Source: the human T2T-CHM13v2.0 reference genome, Homo sapiens
Strand: one strand, 5' to 3'
DNA: 64,000 nt
Assembly: GCF_009914755.1 (NCBI RefSeq)
Contig: NC_060934.1
Below are positions 41,301 through 53,231 of the stretch, piece by piece. Each line of letters opens with the position of its first letter. Within the stretch, counting starts at the first letter, position 1. Under the pieces are notes generated by a model, which made no database searches, was not told where the DNA came from, and was given only the letters and a program-made list of their open reading frames with translations. The position numbers and the translations under genes are program-made.

Positions 41301-44082
41301 GTTTTATAAGAAAGGAAGCCCAGGCTTGGTGTTACCCACAGCACAGAGGTGGCTCTAGAGCACGCCCCATCCGATGGCTGCTGAGGAAGTGACTTGATCT
41401 TTCTAGGAGCGTCTTGTCCTCTGCCCAAGAAGTTGCCAGCAGCTTTCTCTTTAGTCTTCCAGAAGCCCCTGGCTCTCCTTTTGAGTCACTTTGACCACGC
41501 CTCCTTACCAGTCAAACCGTGGGTTTTCTGAATTCCTGGAAGTGCTCTTTTAGCTGCTTTTCTGATCCCTGAACAGCAAACACTTATCGTGGGTAGCATT
41601 TTCCTCTGCCAGGCCAATGGCAGACATTACTAACTAATTGTGGGACTCCTGTTCATTGAGCCTGGACCCTGTCTTGAGTTCCAGGATTCCCGGCAGCCAC
41701 TGCCATCTTTTTGGAGCTCATTCACTTAATGAAATCTTTCTGCTTTTGTAGTGCCAGGTGGTACAAGCAGAGTTGCACTTTCTGCTGAGGAGACTTGATT
41801 TCTTATGAAAATACCAAGCAATGAAGGAACGCTGCATTTCTAAAGCATTCGTTGGCTTCCTGGACTTTTTCCCTTGCAGGTGGGGTGGCAGGGAGTGGGT
41901 GATGGGGCAGTGGCTATTCTGGACACAGAAATCCACATTCCTTTAAGGTGTCATTTACTGCTTCCAGAATCCCACTTTCAAGGAGACTTGAAGCTAGTAA
42001 AATGAATAACTGGGCTTCTTCCCAGCCTGTGGAGGCCTCACAGTGGTAGCTTGTTAGCAGAGTCCTCAGAATATATCCAGGATAAAAATGTGACTTTGTG
42101 CAAGTCCCCAGCTTGAAACAGGGTTACATCCTGCTTCCTGGGTGATGCTACCTGGCAGAGGAGCCCAAGGGCAGGGGGCAGGCTCCTCGTATCTGGGTGT
42201 GGTGCCCTGAGCTCCTTGCCCTGCTGTTTATTTCCAGAGCAGAACCTTGGGGCTCACTGGAGCAGTGACCACCTCTAATCACAAGAGCTGGTTGTACTTT
42301 TTCTTCGCAGGCTGCATAGGGTGGAGGATGGGGCTGGGGCCTCTGGAGAGTGGCGATTCCTCCCTCAGCCCCACATTTCTACCTGCTCCCCAGGGCACCT
42401 TGTTATTACAGTTCAACTGGCTGGGGTTTGTCAGGCCTCAAGCCAGCCTACCTGGTGGTTTCAAACCAGACTTAATCAAAATGTAAATACTTCTTGGGGC
42501 CAGAAAGCAGGACTGTCCAGGTGTTTGATCAGAGGCTGCAGAGCCTGGGAACCACAGGAGAGGGTGGGGGCCTGGCAGGCTCCTTCCACACAGAGGCCTG
42601 GGGTTCCCTGGGGCCTCTCTGTCAGGGGCTTCTGGAGCAGCTTCTGTCCCCACGTGACCAACATCACCCTCTGCCCTACTGCTGTATATGCACGCTGTCA
42701 CTGGGGCAAAGGTAGTGCTGGTGATGCTGGTGACAGCACCTGCTCCCCTTCTCCATCCCTGAAGGAAGACAGCTTAGAGGTTGATGGATCGAATATCTTG
42801 CATTTTAGAGAGGCGGGACCTCAAGGCTCAGAGAGGGTCTGTGACCCTCGTGAGGTTGCACAGTGGGCAGGAGCGCAGAGAGGTGCACTCGTGGAGGGTG
42901 AGCCATGTGTCCGGTATTGTTCTAGGATCAGCAGTGACCAGGGCATATGCAGAGTCTGCCCCGGGGGCAGGATGGTGAATTGAGAGTAAAACGCTAGTTG
43001 GACGAGATCATGTTATATCTGTAAACAGACGATCTATACATGTGTAAACTAATAACGTCTGATAGTGATGAGTACTCTGTAGTGGATGAGGTGTAGCAGG
43101 ATTAGATAAGAGAATGAGATAGATTCAGTGGAGGTGGAGGTGTTACCTTAGATGGGGCCTGGGGAGCCTCCAAGTGTGGGTGTGTGGAGGTCATATTAGT
43201 TGAGACCTAGTTGTCAGAAAAGGGATGGTCAGGCAGGGGCACAGCCAGCAGGGCGAAGGCTGTGCGATGAGCATGAGCCGCAAGGGTCTCCATGGGCCGG
43301 GAGGAGCTCAGAGTGTCTGGAGTGGAGTGTGGGCCTGGGGCATAGTGGTTGTGGGGGAGTCACGGGAGGCATTTGGACTTGATTCTAAACCTGTTGGGAA
43401 GTCATTAGAGGATTTCAAATGAGAGAATTCCATGAGTTGCTTTGGGTTTGCATAACTCTGGCTGCTGGGTGGAGATAGTTTGAAAGGGGCAAGAACGGAG
43501 GTGGGAGGGGAGGAGGCTGGTCCAGGTGAGGATGCTGGCCTGGTCCAGTGGCAGCCCTGGGGCCATAGGGAGGGGGACAGGTATGGATTTCACTGCAGAG
43601 CCCAGACTTGGGGATGGATCCAGTGTGGCATGGAAGGTGGGGGAGGGAAAGTGAAGGACCCCAGCCGTCCCTTGGGTTTGGGGCTCAACTAGGGCTCCTT
43701 TGATCACTCATCTCCCACTGCATGGTGTCCCTACAGCCAGACTCAGGGTCCTTGCCTACCCTAAAGCGCCAGGGTGGTGCTGGCCCTGCGTCTTCAGGAT
43801 CATCTGGGGAGGGCTGACTCACCTGCCTTTCTGGATCCAGAAGGCGGAGGGTGTGGTGTTACCTGGTGCTGGGGATGTTGGAAAACTCAGAACCTGGGCT
43901 TTATCTTGACTGTGTTTAATGACTCAGCACAAATCTAGAGACATGACCAAGAGGCAGCTTTGAGCAGCCCTGGCTGAAGGACCAGAGCAGTGGGATGATG
44001 TGGCCTGTGGAGGAAGGAAACCTCCACCTGGAACCTTGAGGGGAAAGCAGGGCAACAACAGTATGCTAACTGTGTGAGCTGC

Positions 44083-44257
44083 TTTTTTTTTTTTTTTTTT
44101 TTTTTGACAGGGTCTTGCTCTGTTGCCCAGGCTGGAGTGCAGTGGCATGATCTCGGCTCACTGCAACCTCCGCCTCCTAGGGTTCAAGCAATTCTCCCTG
44201 CCTCAGCCTCCTGAGTAGCTGGGATTACAGGCGTGTGCCATCGCGCCTGGCTAATTT
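44083..44257 (-). mobile_element. 5'-truncated AluS (right arm only)
   Basis: T23 tail, ends at the central linker, short TSD GCTGCT. Confidence 0.93.
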
Positions 44258-44264
44258 GCTGCTG

Positions 44265-44465
44265 TCTGTTGAGTGCTCACTGCACATGGGCTTCTGTGCA
44301 TTTCCCCGTCATTCCTCACAACCCTAGGCGGCAACATTGACATTCTTCTTCCCATTTTGTGGATGCAGAAACTGAGGCTCAAAGAGCTTTTGGCCTAAGG
44401 TCATCCACCTAGCGAGCAGCTGAGCTCACCCACAGGCCCCTGAGTCCCGATTTAGGGAGTCTATA
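44265..44465 (-). mobile_element. MIR
   Basis: TCCTCACAACCCTA...CCCATTTTGTGGATGCAGAAACTGAGGCTCAAAGAG. Confidence 0.75.
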
Positions 44466-44682
44466 ACCAGCACCCAACACTGTCGCCAGTGCACCACGCT
44501 GCCTGCTCACCAGCCATCCACCAAGGGCTGGCTCTGTGCCTGTCTCTGTCTAGGGGTAGGGCATGAGAACCGACCCCATGCAGTCCCCACCCAGAGATGC
44601 TTGCCCTGTGCACGCAGATGCGGACCAGCAGGGCATTTGCAGAAAGGCAGTTGTTCGCTTAATGAGAGGTGTTTGGGCAACT

Positions 44683-44835
44683 CCCTCCTTCTGTCCCTCC
44701 CTCCCTTGCTCTTTTCTTCCTCCTTTTCTTCCCTTCCTTCTTCCCTACCTGTTTTTCTTTCATCTCTCCCTTCCCTCTCTCCTCTCCCACCCCCTCCCTT
44801 CTCTTCTTTCCATCTCTCCCTGCAGTTTTTCTTTT
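44683..44835 (+). repeat. CT-rich low-complexity tract
   Basis: Read directly. Confidence 0.85.
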
Positions 44836-46864
44836 GCTGACACCTGTTTCTGAAAAATCTTGGGTGTCTGGCTGTGGGGAGCTGCAGGAAAGCCCAGATG
44901 AGGTCTCCTGAGCTTCACCTTGTGGTTGGCAGCGAGGACTTGACCTAGAGCCTCTGACCTTCCACCTCCCTGGGCTCTGAGCTCCAGAGTCCCGTGGTCC
45001 TCCAAGGCTGTGGGAACCCGTGGTCCCCTCCCTTGCCTTTCCTCTCTTCGCTGACAGAACAAGGGGCCGGCAGAGGACATGTCAGGTGTGTCTCAGAGAC
45101 CTGGGGGAAGATGGGCTCAACATGACCTGCTTCTGGGGTGACACCTCTGCTCACTCACTTATTCAAGCATTCACTCGTTCACAGACCTGTCAGAGGTCTG
45201 CTGTGTGCCAGGCACATGTCCTAGGCACTGATGAGCAAAATGGACGTGGTCTCTGTCCTCTTGGGTGGAAGCCCCATAAAGGCATAAGTGAAAATTTGCT
45301 GACAAATTTTGATAGCTGCTTTTTCAAAGCCAGACACTGACTGAGGAGTGGTGGGAGAGAGCCGTGTGGGTATGACTTGGATTGATTGATTGGGGATGAT
45401 CAGGGAAGGACAAGACCCTAAGACCTGAGGACTTGGCCGGGTGAAGTAGGGGCAGCAATAAAGTGCCACTCCCCGGGAGACACGTGTAAGTGCCCAGAGC
45501 AACGTCATTTGAGAGGTAAAAACCTGGAAGACCTAACCTACGTGTCTCTCAACAGGAGAGTGGATGGAGGAATTATTTTGACAAAACCTGTGGGTATGCA
45601 GGTTTAAAGAAATTTTGTTCCCATTCTGTAAGCTTGAAATGTTTCATTGCAAAAAAGTGATTCTGGAAGTGTGTATCTAGCAGAGGAAATGACATATGCA
45701 AAGGCCCTGAGGCAGAAAATAACTCCCAGTGAGGAAGCAGGTGACGGCCTGACCACTGTACTTCCGGTATCTCTGCTCTCAGCCACCCCTGAGACCATGG
45801 AAAGGCTCCGTGTTGAGCCCTTGGAAGGCCTCCCTGGGAGTCCTGGGTGTCAGCTGGAGGATTGTGTGATGGTGAGGGAGTTGAACCACTGGGGCAGTGC
45901 CCGCCTGGGCTGGATTTGGGGGAGGGGGGAGCCTTTTGGATGAGTCAGTCCTCTCTGGTTGGAAACAGCAGAGTCTAGTTGAGGCTCTGCCAAGGACCCG
46001 TGGTGATTCTTGTCGCCTTTTGTGGAGAAATTTGCCCGCTAACAGGCCATCTGTGTGAGGTGAGTCACTGTTTCCCCCGTTTTGTTGATTGCAGACACCT
46101 CTGTGTGAGTCTGTTCAGCCTGAACTGCACACACCGATAAACTGCAGTGCCTGGATGAGCAAGCTTCCTGTGTGCTTCAGCTTGGGGCGCATGTGCGCTT
46201 CTTCTAGGATTTTCTGAAACTTGCTCAGGGGCTCCTGGATCATGATTGCAGATTGAGAGCCACTGAGCCATTCCAGGTCCTGTTTTCTGATGTGAAATGG
46301 AAGCCCAGAGTGGGGATGTGTCCAAACCCACACTGAGATCACACAGCGAGGGAAGGAAGCCGGGGTCCTGGCTGACACTTGCGGGGCAGAGCACCTTCTC
46401 TTGGCCCCGAATATGGATTTTGGTGTCCCTAGTCAAGATTTGTTCTGCTGACTTCTCCTGGGGAAAGAGGTGTCACGTCTGCCTGAGCCCCTGAGCCTGG
46501 TGGGTGGGGTGTGAGGATCTGGCCGGGGCCGCTGCACCTGCAGGTGTTTCCTGCAGACATTCTGCTGGGGAGCACTTCCCCTCTTCTCCCTCCAGGTGAC
46601 TCACTGGGTGCAGTGTCCTCTAGCGTCTACTGGGTGCAGGGCACTGGGGAGACATGGGGGATGCTTCTTTGGGCTCGTCTGTACTAGGTATGGTTATAGG
46701 GTACTGGGGGTTGCCTAAAAAAATGCTGTGTGACCTTGATGGCTCACTTTTTCTCCCTGGGCCTCTGTGTCTCCAGCCGTCAGTAAGGAGCAGGCGTGGG
46801 TGATCAGCAAGGTTCCTCTCAGCTCTGATGTCATTCATTCTGAGTTAGGTGGAGAGTAGGGGAT

Positions 46865-47074
46865 AATTGCAGCCCTTATTCACTGAACTTTCTTAACTAT
46901 GCTAAATGCTTTACGTGCATCAGCTCATTGATGCCTATATCTATGTGGTTACAGAGGAGCCAGTTGAAGCACAGAGAGGTTGAGTAAATTTCCTGGAGTC
47001 ACACAGCTAGTAAATTACATACCTGGGTTTAAACCCAGGCAGTCTGGCCCTGGAGCATGCAGTCTTAATCACTG
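46865..47074 (-). mobile_element. MIR
   Basis: GCTAAATGCTTTAC...GCACAGAGAGGTTGAGTAA...GTCACACAGCTAGTAA...AAACCCAGGCAGTCTGG. Confidence 0.8.
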
Positions 47075-47076
47075 CA

Positions 47077-47540
47077 TGATTAAGGCTGAATCATGGTCCC
47101 CTAAAGATGTCGTATCCGAATCCCTGCAACTTGTGAATATGTTACCTACCTGATAAAAGGGCCTTTTCAGATGTGATTAAGTTAAGGCTGTTGAGATGGA
47201 GAGGTTATCCAGGGATATCAGGTGGGCCTGATTAGAGGGAGAGTGGACTGTGCCTGTGAAAAGGAGTTCAGAGTGATGCAGCTTGAGAAAGACCTGACCA
47301 GCGACTGCTGGTTTTGAAGGTGGAGGAAGGGCCATGAATTGAGCCAAGGAATAGAGGTGGCCTGTAGATTCTCCCCTGGAGTCTCCAGAAGGCACACTGC
47401 CCTGCCGACACCTGGATTTAGCCCGGTGAATCTGATTCCAGACTTCTGACTTCTAGAACTGTAGGATAATACATTTGTGTCTATAGCACTCCATTTGTGC
47501 CGTTAATAACTTGTTACTGAAGCAAGAGGAAACTCATGCA
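47077..47540 (+). mobile_element. MaLR LTR (MLT1D-like)
   Basis: CCCCTAAAGATGTC...TGTGAATATGTTACCT...CAGATGTGATTAAGTTAAGG...GACTTCTGACTTCTAGAACTGTA. Confidence 0.87.
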
Positions 47541-49329
47541 GCCATGCTCTACTCTGGTCTCCTGGTGGCGAGCCCTCCTTTCTGCATACACACTGGATTT
47601 TGAATTCTGAGGGGTAACAACCTCATCTTGCCAACAGAGCCCTCCTTGGCCATTTCACAATTCAAGAAGCATTTTCTAGGAAGCCTTTTAAAGCCCCACT
47701 GCCTTGCCCCAGCTTGCTCTGTTGTGTCACAGGAATGAGGTGGGGAGAGGACAGAGGGAAAGGGTCATGGGGAACCTGGGGCCCCAGCCTATACCCTGCC
47801 TCTATGAGGCTCCATCTGAGCACCCACCTCTCCAGGCATCGTCCTTGGTCCCCTGGGAGTGGGCACCCATGGCGGGTCTGCACTGTATGCCCAGTGCGCC
47901 TTTGTAGGCCGAACCTGCAGGGTCAGAGCTGGGTCTAAGGCTGCTCCCCAGGTCCTTGCAGGAACATAAGTGCCCGGGTTTATCTTTGGGCACTAGAGCT
48001 GTGCCCACAGCAGCTCCTGTTCAGATCTGGATCAGGGTCAGGCCCCCATCACTGATTGCGCACCCCAGGCACGCCTCACCCTGCCCCGGCCTCAGCTTCC
48101 TGATCTACAAAATGGGTGTCATGCTGCAGCCCTGCCGAAATTGTGTGCTCATGGTAGAAGTGACTGGGAAGAACTCTGCGTGTGGCAAGGGCTCTCGCTG
48201 CTGCTTCGGTACAGTCATCTGTAGGGTCATCTGTGACGTATGGGCCAGGCGTGTGCCCCCTCAGAATCCTCTCTGGGTCCCCTGACTCCTCCCCAGGAGC
48301 AGCCCACTCCATGGAGCTTCCCTTGGCCCCAAGTGCTTGAAGGGAAAGGTGAACACAGTCGGGATGACAAAGTTAGGAGGCGTGTGTTTTTCTTCCCGGT
48401 GACGTTGGGCCGGTCAGCCCGCGTCTTCGTAGCTTCAATGGCTTCTCCTGTGCCACGCGGTGGGGGAGCTTTCTTACGCCTCGTTCTGAGGATTAGAGAC
48501 AATGGCTGCACAGGCACTGTGGCTGCCATGCTCAGGCCTGCCCTCGCTCCTGACCCCCAGGCCAGCTGCTTCCTGGTTCCAGGGGGCCAGGAGGAGGATC
48601 TTAGTGTTAGCCTGAGATCCTGGGCAGGTCCAGTTCTGAGGCAGGGGAGCCCTGTATGGATTTGGGGGAATGCTGGCAGGATGGCCTGCCGGCCCTTTTC
48701 TCCCCACTTCCCAGACGGAGCTGAAGGGAAAGGACTCTTCCCTGAGGGAGGCAGATCTTCCCAGGGCCTGTCTGGGAGCTCCCTCCAGTGAGGAGGCTGG
48801 TGCTGAGGCTGGGAGGGCTGGTGCCCAGGGCCCGGGCTCTTGAGCCTAGATGGAAACTGGGGCCACCTTCGGAGTTCTTGCCACATCCCTGCAGGGCTGG
48901 TGCGTGAGGGACCGTGTGGTCTCTAAGAAGAGAGGGTTCAGCCCAAGGGTCACCTCCTTCAGGAAGCCTTCCCTGATTCCACAGGCAGGGTTGATTGTGC
49001 CTCCCCTGTGCCCCCTCAGCCCCTCTTCCTCTAGTATTGTCACCTGGCATGGGTCAGTGCCGCCCACGAGCCTGTGAGCTCTTGTAGGGCAGGGGCCACG
49101 TGCCAAGCACCAAGTAGGTCCTCGATATGAGTCTGCACAGTGGATGGAAGAACTCTGGGGGAGGCAGAGCCGAGCTCAGTAAGGCCTTGGTGGGAGGGAA
49201 GCATGCTGGGAATGCAGGGTCCAATGGGAGTGTTGAGGGAGGTTGAATCAAGGACAAGGAAGGGTCCTTTCAACCCCCAGGTCCTGTGACCCTATGTGAG
49301 ATCAAGAGTCAGGGCAGAGTAATGGCGAC

Positions 49330-49500
49330 AGCTCACATTTACTGAGTGCTAACCACAATCTCACTTTGGCCCTAGCAGCCTTCTTAAGAGGGTGGTGTTT
49401 CCCCATTTTACGCTTGAACAATCTGAAGCTCAGAGAGGGTAAGCAGCTTGCCCAGGGTCACAGAGCTATGGACAGAGACCAGATGTGAACCCTCATCTCT
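49330..49500 (-). mobile_element. MIR
   Basis: ACATTTACTGAGTGCT...CCCCATTTTAC...GCTCAGAGAGGGTAAG...TTGCCCAGGGTCACA. Confidence 0.75.
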
Positions 49501-51300
49501 GTGTTGGAATCCTCTCTACAGGTGCCTCTGTGCTGTGCTGGTTTTTGCTTCTGTGGCTTCAGACTTTGGGGGAACGTTCTTAGGACCCAGCTCTTGCCTG
49601 TCCCTTGAGCCAGCATCATCCTTGTGGACTGGGAGTTAAGAACTAGGCATTCTTAGGCTCAAATCCCAGCTCAGCCTCTCAGCAGCTGTGTGCCCAGACC
49701 CCTGTCCTCTCTGGGCTTGTTTCCTCCTCTGCAAAACAAATCTACTTTACTGTAGGGTCATGAGGCCCAGAGACTGTGGAGGTGGAGCATGGAGGCCACA
49801 GCCTGGTTCGTCCTAGTGTCTCCGTGGCGCAGGCTTCCCAGACCATGTGTGTACACGGTCATGTCCACATGGTAATTAATGTACCTGAGTGCTGAGCAGG
49901 TTTTGATTGGCCAGGATCTCTACAGCATTTGTTTAGCTTCTTTGAAATAGGGGATGCAAAAATTCTGGGGAGAGCGGAAGTAATTAGTACTCACAGGAAA
50001 ATGCAAATATTTTTATGAGTATCCTATGAAAAATTGTATTTTTCCTGAGCAAGTAGTCCTGTTTATTTCTCCAACAGAATTGCCACAGTTGCAGCAGTGG
50101 CTGACCTACGACTGCCAGGAGCATTTCTCAGGTGTCCACTTATCTCCCTTCCCCTGGCTTTCTCTTCCCCTTCAACCCAGAGAAAACATTATGAGGCAAA
50201 AGTGACCAAATTTGGGCCTTGCTGAGAGAAGGGGATTACTCTTGTAGTGAAAAGTCCATTTTTGTGGCCAGACTTTTCTCAACTGTGAAAACCAGTGTGG
50301 GCAAAAACATCGTGAGCACAAAAATACATTAAAAAATTATTTTGCTTGGAAAGAACTTTTTTTTTCCAGTTCTGCTACTTCTTGGGAAAAGACATTTTTA
50401 AGAAGATCAATAGTGTTGCAAGAGGACTAGGGGTCTGCTTTCTCCTAAGAGATGTAGAGGGATAGAGGGAAAAGGAGGGAAGCCCCAGGCAGGGCGGGGT
50501 TGGGGAGTTGGGATACAGAGCAAGAGGGCTTAACATGGGATGAGTGCCCACCTCGTGCCTCACACAGTGCGAGGGCTTCAAGCACATTTTCGAATCGACC
50601 CTTATAAAGGGCATTTGGTTATTAAGCCAATTGGGAAACTGTGGTTCAGAGAGGTTGGGGAAGTGGCCTGTGGTTATTCAGCTTGTGGACAGAAGAGTCA
50701 GCAGCCCAGCCCTCCCCGTCTGATGAGAACCCCTTCTCTTTCCACACTGCCCTAGAAGAAGGGACTCTTGATCCAGGGCTGGGTCAACAGACACAGTGAG
50801 ATGGGAAGAGGCACACCCAGGGGAGGGGCTGTGTGTACCTTCCGCCTTGCTGGGAAGGTGGTTGTATTCCCTTTTTCAGAGCAGAAAATGGAGGCTCAGA
50901 GATTATGGTGTGCAGTGTGGCTTATTTGTTGTTGTTTCTAAGTCCATTTGGAAATGATCTCTTCCCTTCCGGTCCTGCCTCGCCCATCTGTTTATCCATC
51001 CATCCATTCATCAGAGATTGATGGAGCTTTTGCTATGTCCAAGCACTGTTCTAGGTGTCTGAGAGACAGGAGGGAACCAAACAGGGATACCCACTCACAT
51101 GAAGTCTGCATTCCAACGGGAGATGAGACAGAGCCTGGCAGGAAGCAATGAGCAGAATAACTCAGAAGGCCACGCAGAACGCTTGCTGCAGGGTGATGTG
51201 TGCCTGGGAATTAGAAATTAACAGTAAAAGAAAGGCAGAGGGGTCCTGAGATGGGGGCAGTGGGTGGGGGCAGGTTGTAGAATTAAAAAGGGCGAGTAGA

Positions 51301-51590
51301 GGCCTAGCTTGGTGACTTACACCTGTAATCCCAGCAATTTGGGAGGCCGAGGCAGGTGGATCACTTGAGCTCAGGAGTTTGAGATCAGCCTGGCAACATG
51401 GCAAAACCCCATCTCTACTAAAAATACAAAAATTAGCTGGGCGTGGTGGTGCACACCTGTAGTCCCAGCTACTCAGGAGGCTGAGGTGGGAGAATTGCTT
51501 GAACCCAGTGAGTGGAGGTTGCAGTGAACTGAGATTGCTCTACCACTGCACTCCAGCCTGGGTGACAGAGCAAGACTGTCTCCAAAAAAA
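51301..51590 (+). mobile_element. AluJb/S-like
   Basis: Full dimer; TSD AAAAAG(G/A)G(C/T)GAGTAGA. Confidence 0.94.
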
Positions 51591-51609
51591 AAAAAGAGTG
51601 AGTAGAGGA

Positions 51610-52075
51610 TTTTCCTTCCTAGTGACAGAAATGTTTTAAATGTTTTGGAATTAAACGGAGGTGGTGGAAGCTCAACACTGTGAGTGTACTGAATGCTACT
51701 GAATTGTTCACTTTTTTTTTTTTTTTTTTGAGACGGAGTCTCACTCTGTCGCCCAGGCTGGAGTAGAGTGGCGCGATCTCAGCTCCACTGCAAGCTCCAC
51801 CTCCCGGGTTCACGCCATTCTCCTGCCTCAGCCTCCTGAGTAGCTGGGACTACATCCACCCGCTGCTAATTTTTGTTTTTGTATTTTTAGTAGAGATGGG
51901 GTTTCACCGTGTTAGCCAGGATGGTCTCGATCTCCTGACCTCGTGTGGTGATCCGCCCGCCTCGGCCTCCCAAAGTGCTGGGATTACAGGCGTGAGCCTC
52001 TGCAGCCAGCCTAAATTATTCACTTTAAAATGGTTAATATTCAGTGAATTTCATTTCAATAAATGATTATTTTTT
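51610..52075 (+). mobile_element. L1MB 3' end fragment split by an AluY
   Basis: AATGCTACTGAATTGTTCACTTT / AAAATGGTTAA...TCAATAAA. Confidence 0.7.
51712..52011 (-). mobile_element. AluY
   Basis: CAAGCTCC...TTCACGCCATTC and CCGTGTTAGCCAGGATGG diagnostics; TSD AATT(G/A)TTCACTTT. Confidence 0.95.
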
Positions 52076-52239
52076 AATGGCGATCAGGGTCAGCCTCATG
52101 GAGAACGTGAGAGCTGTGCAAAAGCTGCAAGGAGGCCAAACCTGTTAACCCAAGGCTGTTTTCTCCCAAGGAGCAGGAGGAGGGTTCCAGGCAGAGGGAG
52201 CAGCTGGAGCAGCCAGAGCAGCGAGAATGAGACCAGCTG

Positions 52240-52370
52240 CACCTCGAGAGCCCAATCTGGCCACTGCCTGTTTTTGTAAATGAAGTTTTATGGGAATACA
52301 GCCATGCTCATTTGTCTACATACTGTCTCTGTGACCCAGAGACCCTATCTGGCCCTTTGCAGAAAAAATC
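52240..52370 (+). mobile_element. MER58A fragment
   Basis: TGCCTGTTTTTGTAAATGAAGTTTTATGGGAATACAGCCATGCTCATT...CTATCTGGCCCTTTGCAGAAAAA. Confidence 0.8.
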
Positions 52371-52708
52371 CTCAGGCAGGAACATGCCTGGGGTGTTTGA
52401 GGAGAAGAGTGTGGCTGGAATGGAGTGAGTAGAGGTGAGAGTGGGAGGAGGTGAAGTCAGGGAGGCAGTAGGGGCCGAATCATGGTGCCCCTGTGAGACT
52501 TCCTGCTTCCTGTGGCACCCCTGGCAATGTCGGGACAGACGCTGGCATCATGCTGATGTGGAAGCTCTGGGAGTATGTGTGTGTATGTAGGGCATAGTAG
52601 GGTAGAGACATAGCTGAACTTAGAGTCAGATGTCAGAGGACCTAGTCTTGAGACCTGCTGTTTGTCCCTTGCCAGCTCTGTGTCCTCAGTTCTCTCACCC
52701 ACAGAGCC

Positions 52709-53231
52709 TGATAGTAGTGGTGATGGTGGTAGTGATGGTGGTAATGGTGGTGCTGGTGGCTGTGGTGATGGTGATGGTGATGGTGGTGGTAATGGTGGTG
52801 CTGGTGGCTGTGGTGATGGTGATGCTGATGGTGGTGGTAATGGTGGTCGTGACGGTGATGGTAGTGGTAATGGCAGTGGTGATGGTGGTGGTGGTAATGA
52901 TGATGGTGGTGGTGATGGTGGTGGTGGTGGTGATGGTGGTGATGGTAATGATGGTAGTGGTGATGGTGATGATGGTAATGATGGTAGTGGTGATGGTGGT
53001 GGTAATGGTAGTGGTGGTGGTGATGGTGATGATGATGGTGGTGGTAATGGTAGTGGTGGTGGTGACGGTAGTGATGATGGTGGTGGTAATGGTGGTGGTG
53101 ATGGTGGTGGTAATAGTGGTGATGGGGATGGTGGTAATGGTGGTGGTGATGATGGTGGTGGCAATGGCAGTGGTGGTGGTGATGGGGAGGGTGGTGGTGA
53201 TGATGGTGGTAATGAGTGGTGGTGGCAATGG
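52709..53231 (+). repeat. ~520-bp degenerate (GGT/GAT/AAT/AGT)n trinucleotide tract
   Basis: Read directly; source of the poly-Val/Gly/His/Pro/Thr ORFs. Confidence 0.98.
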
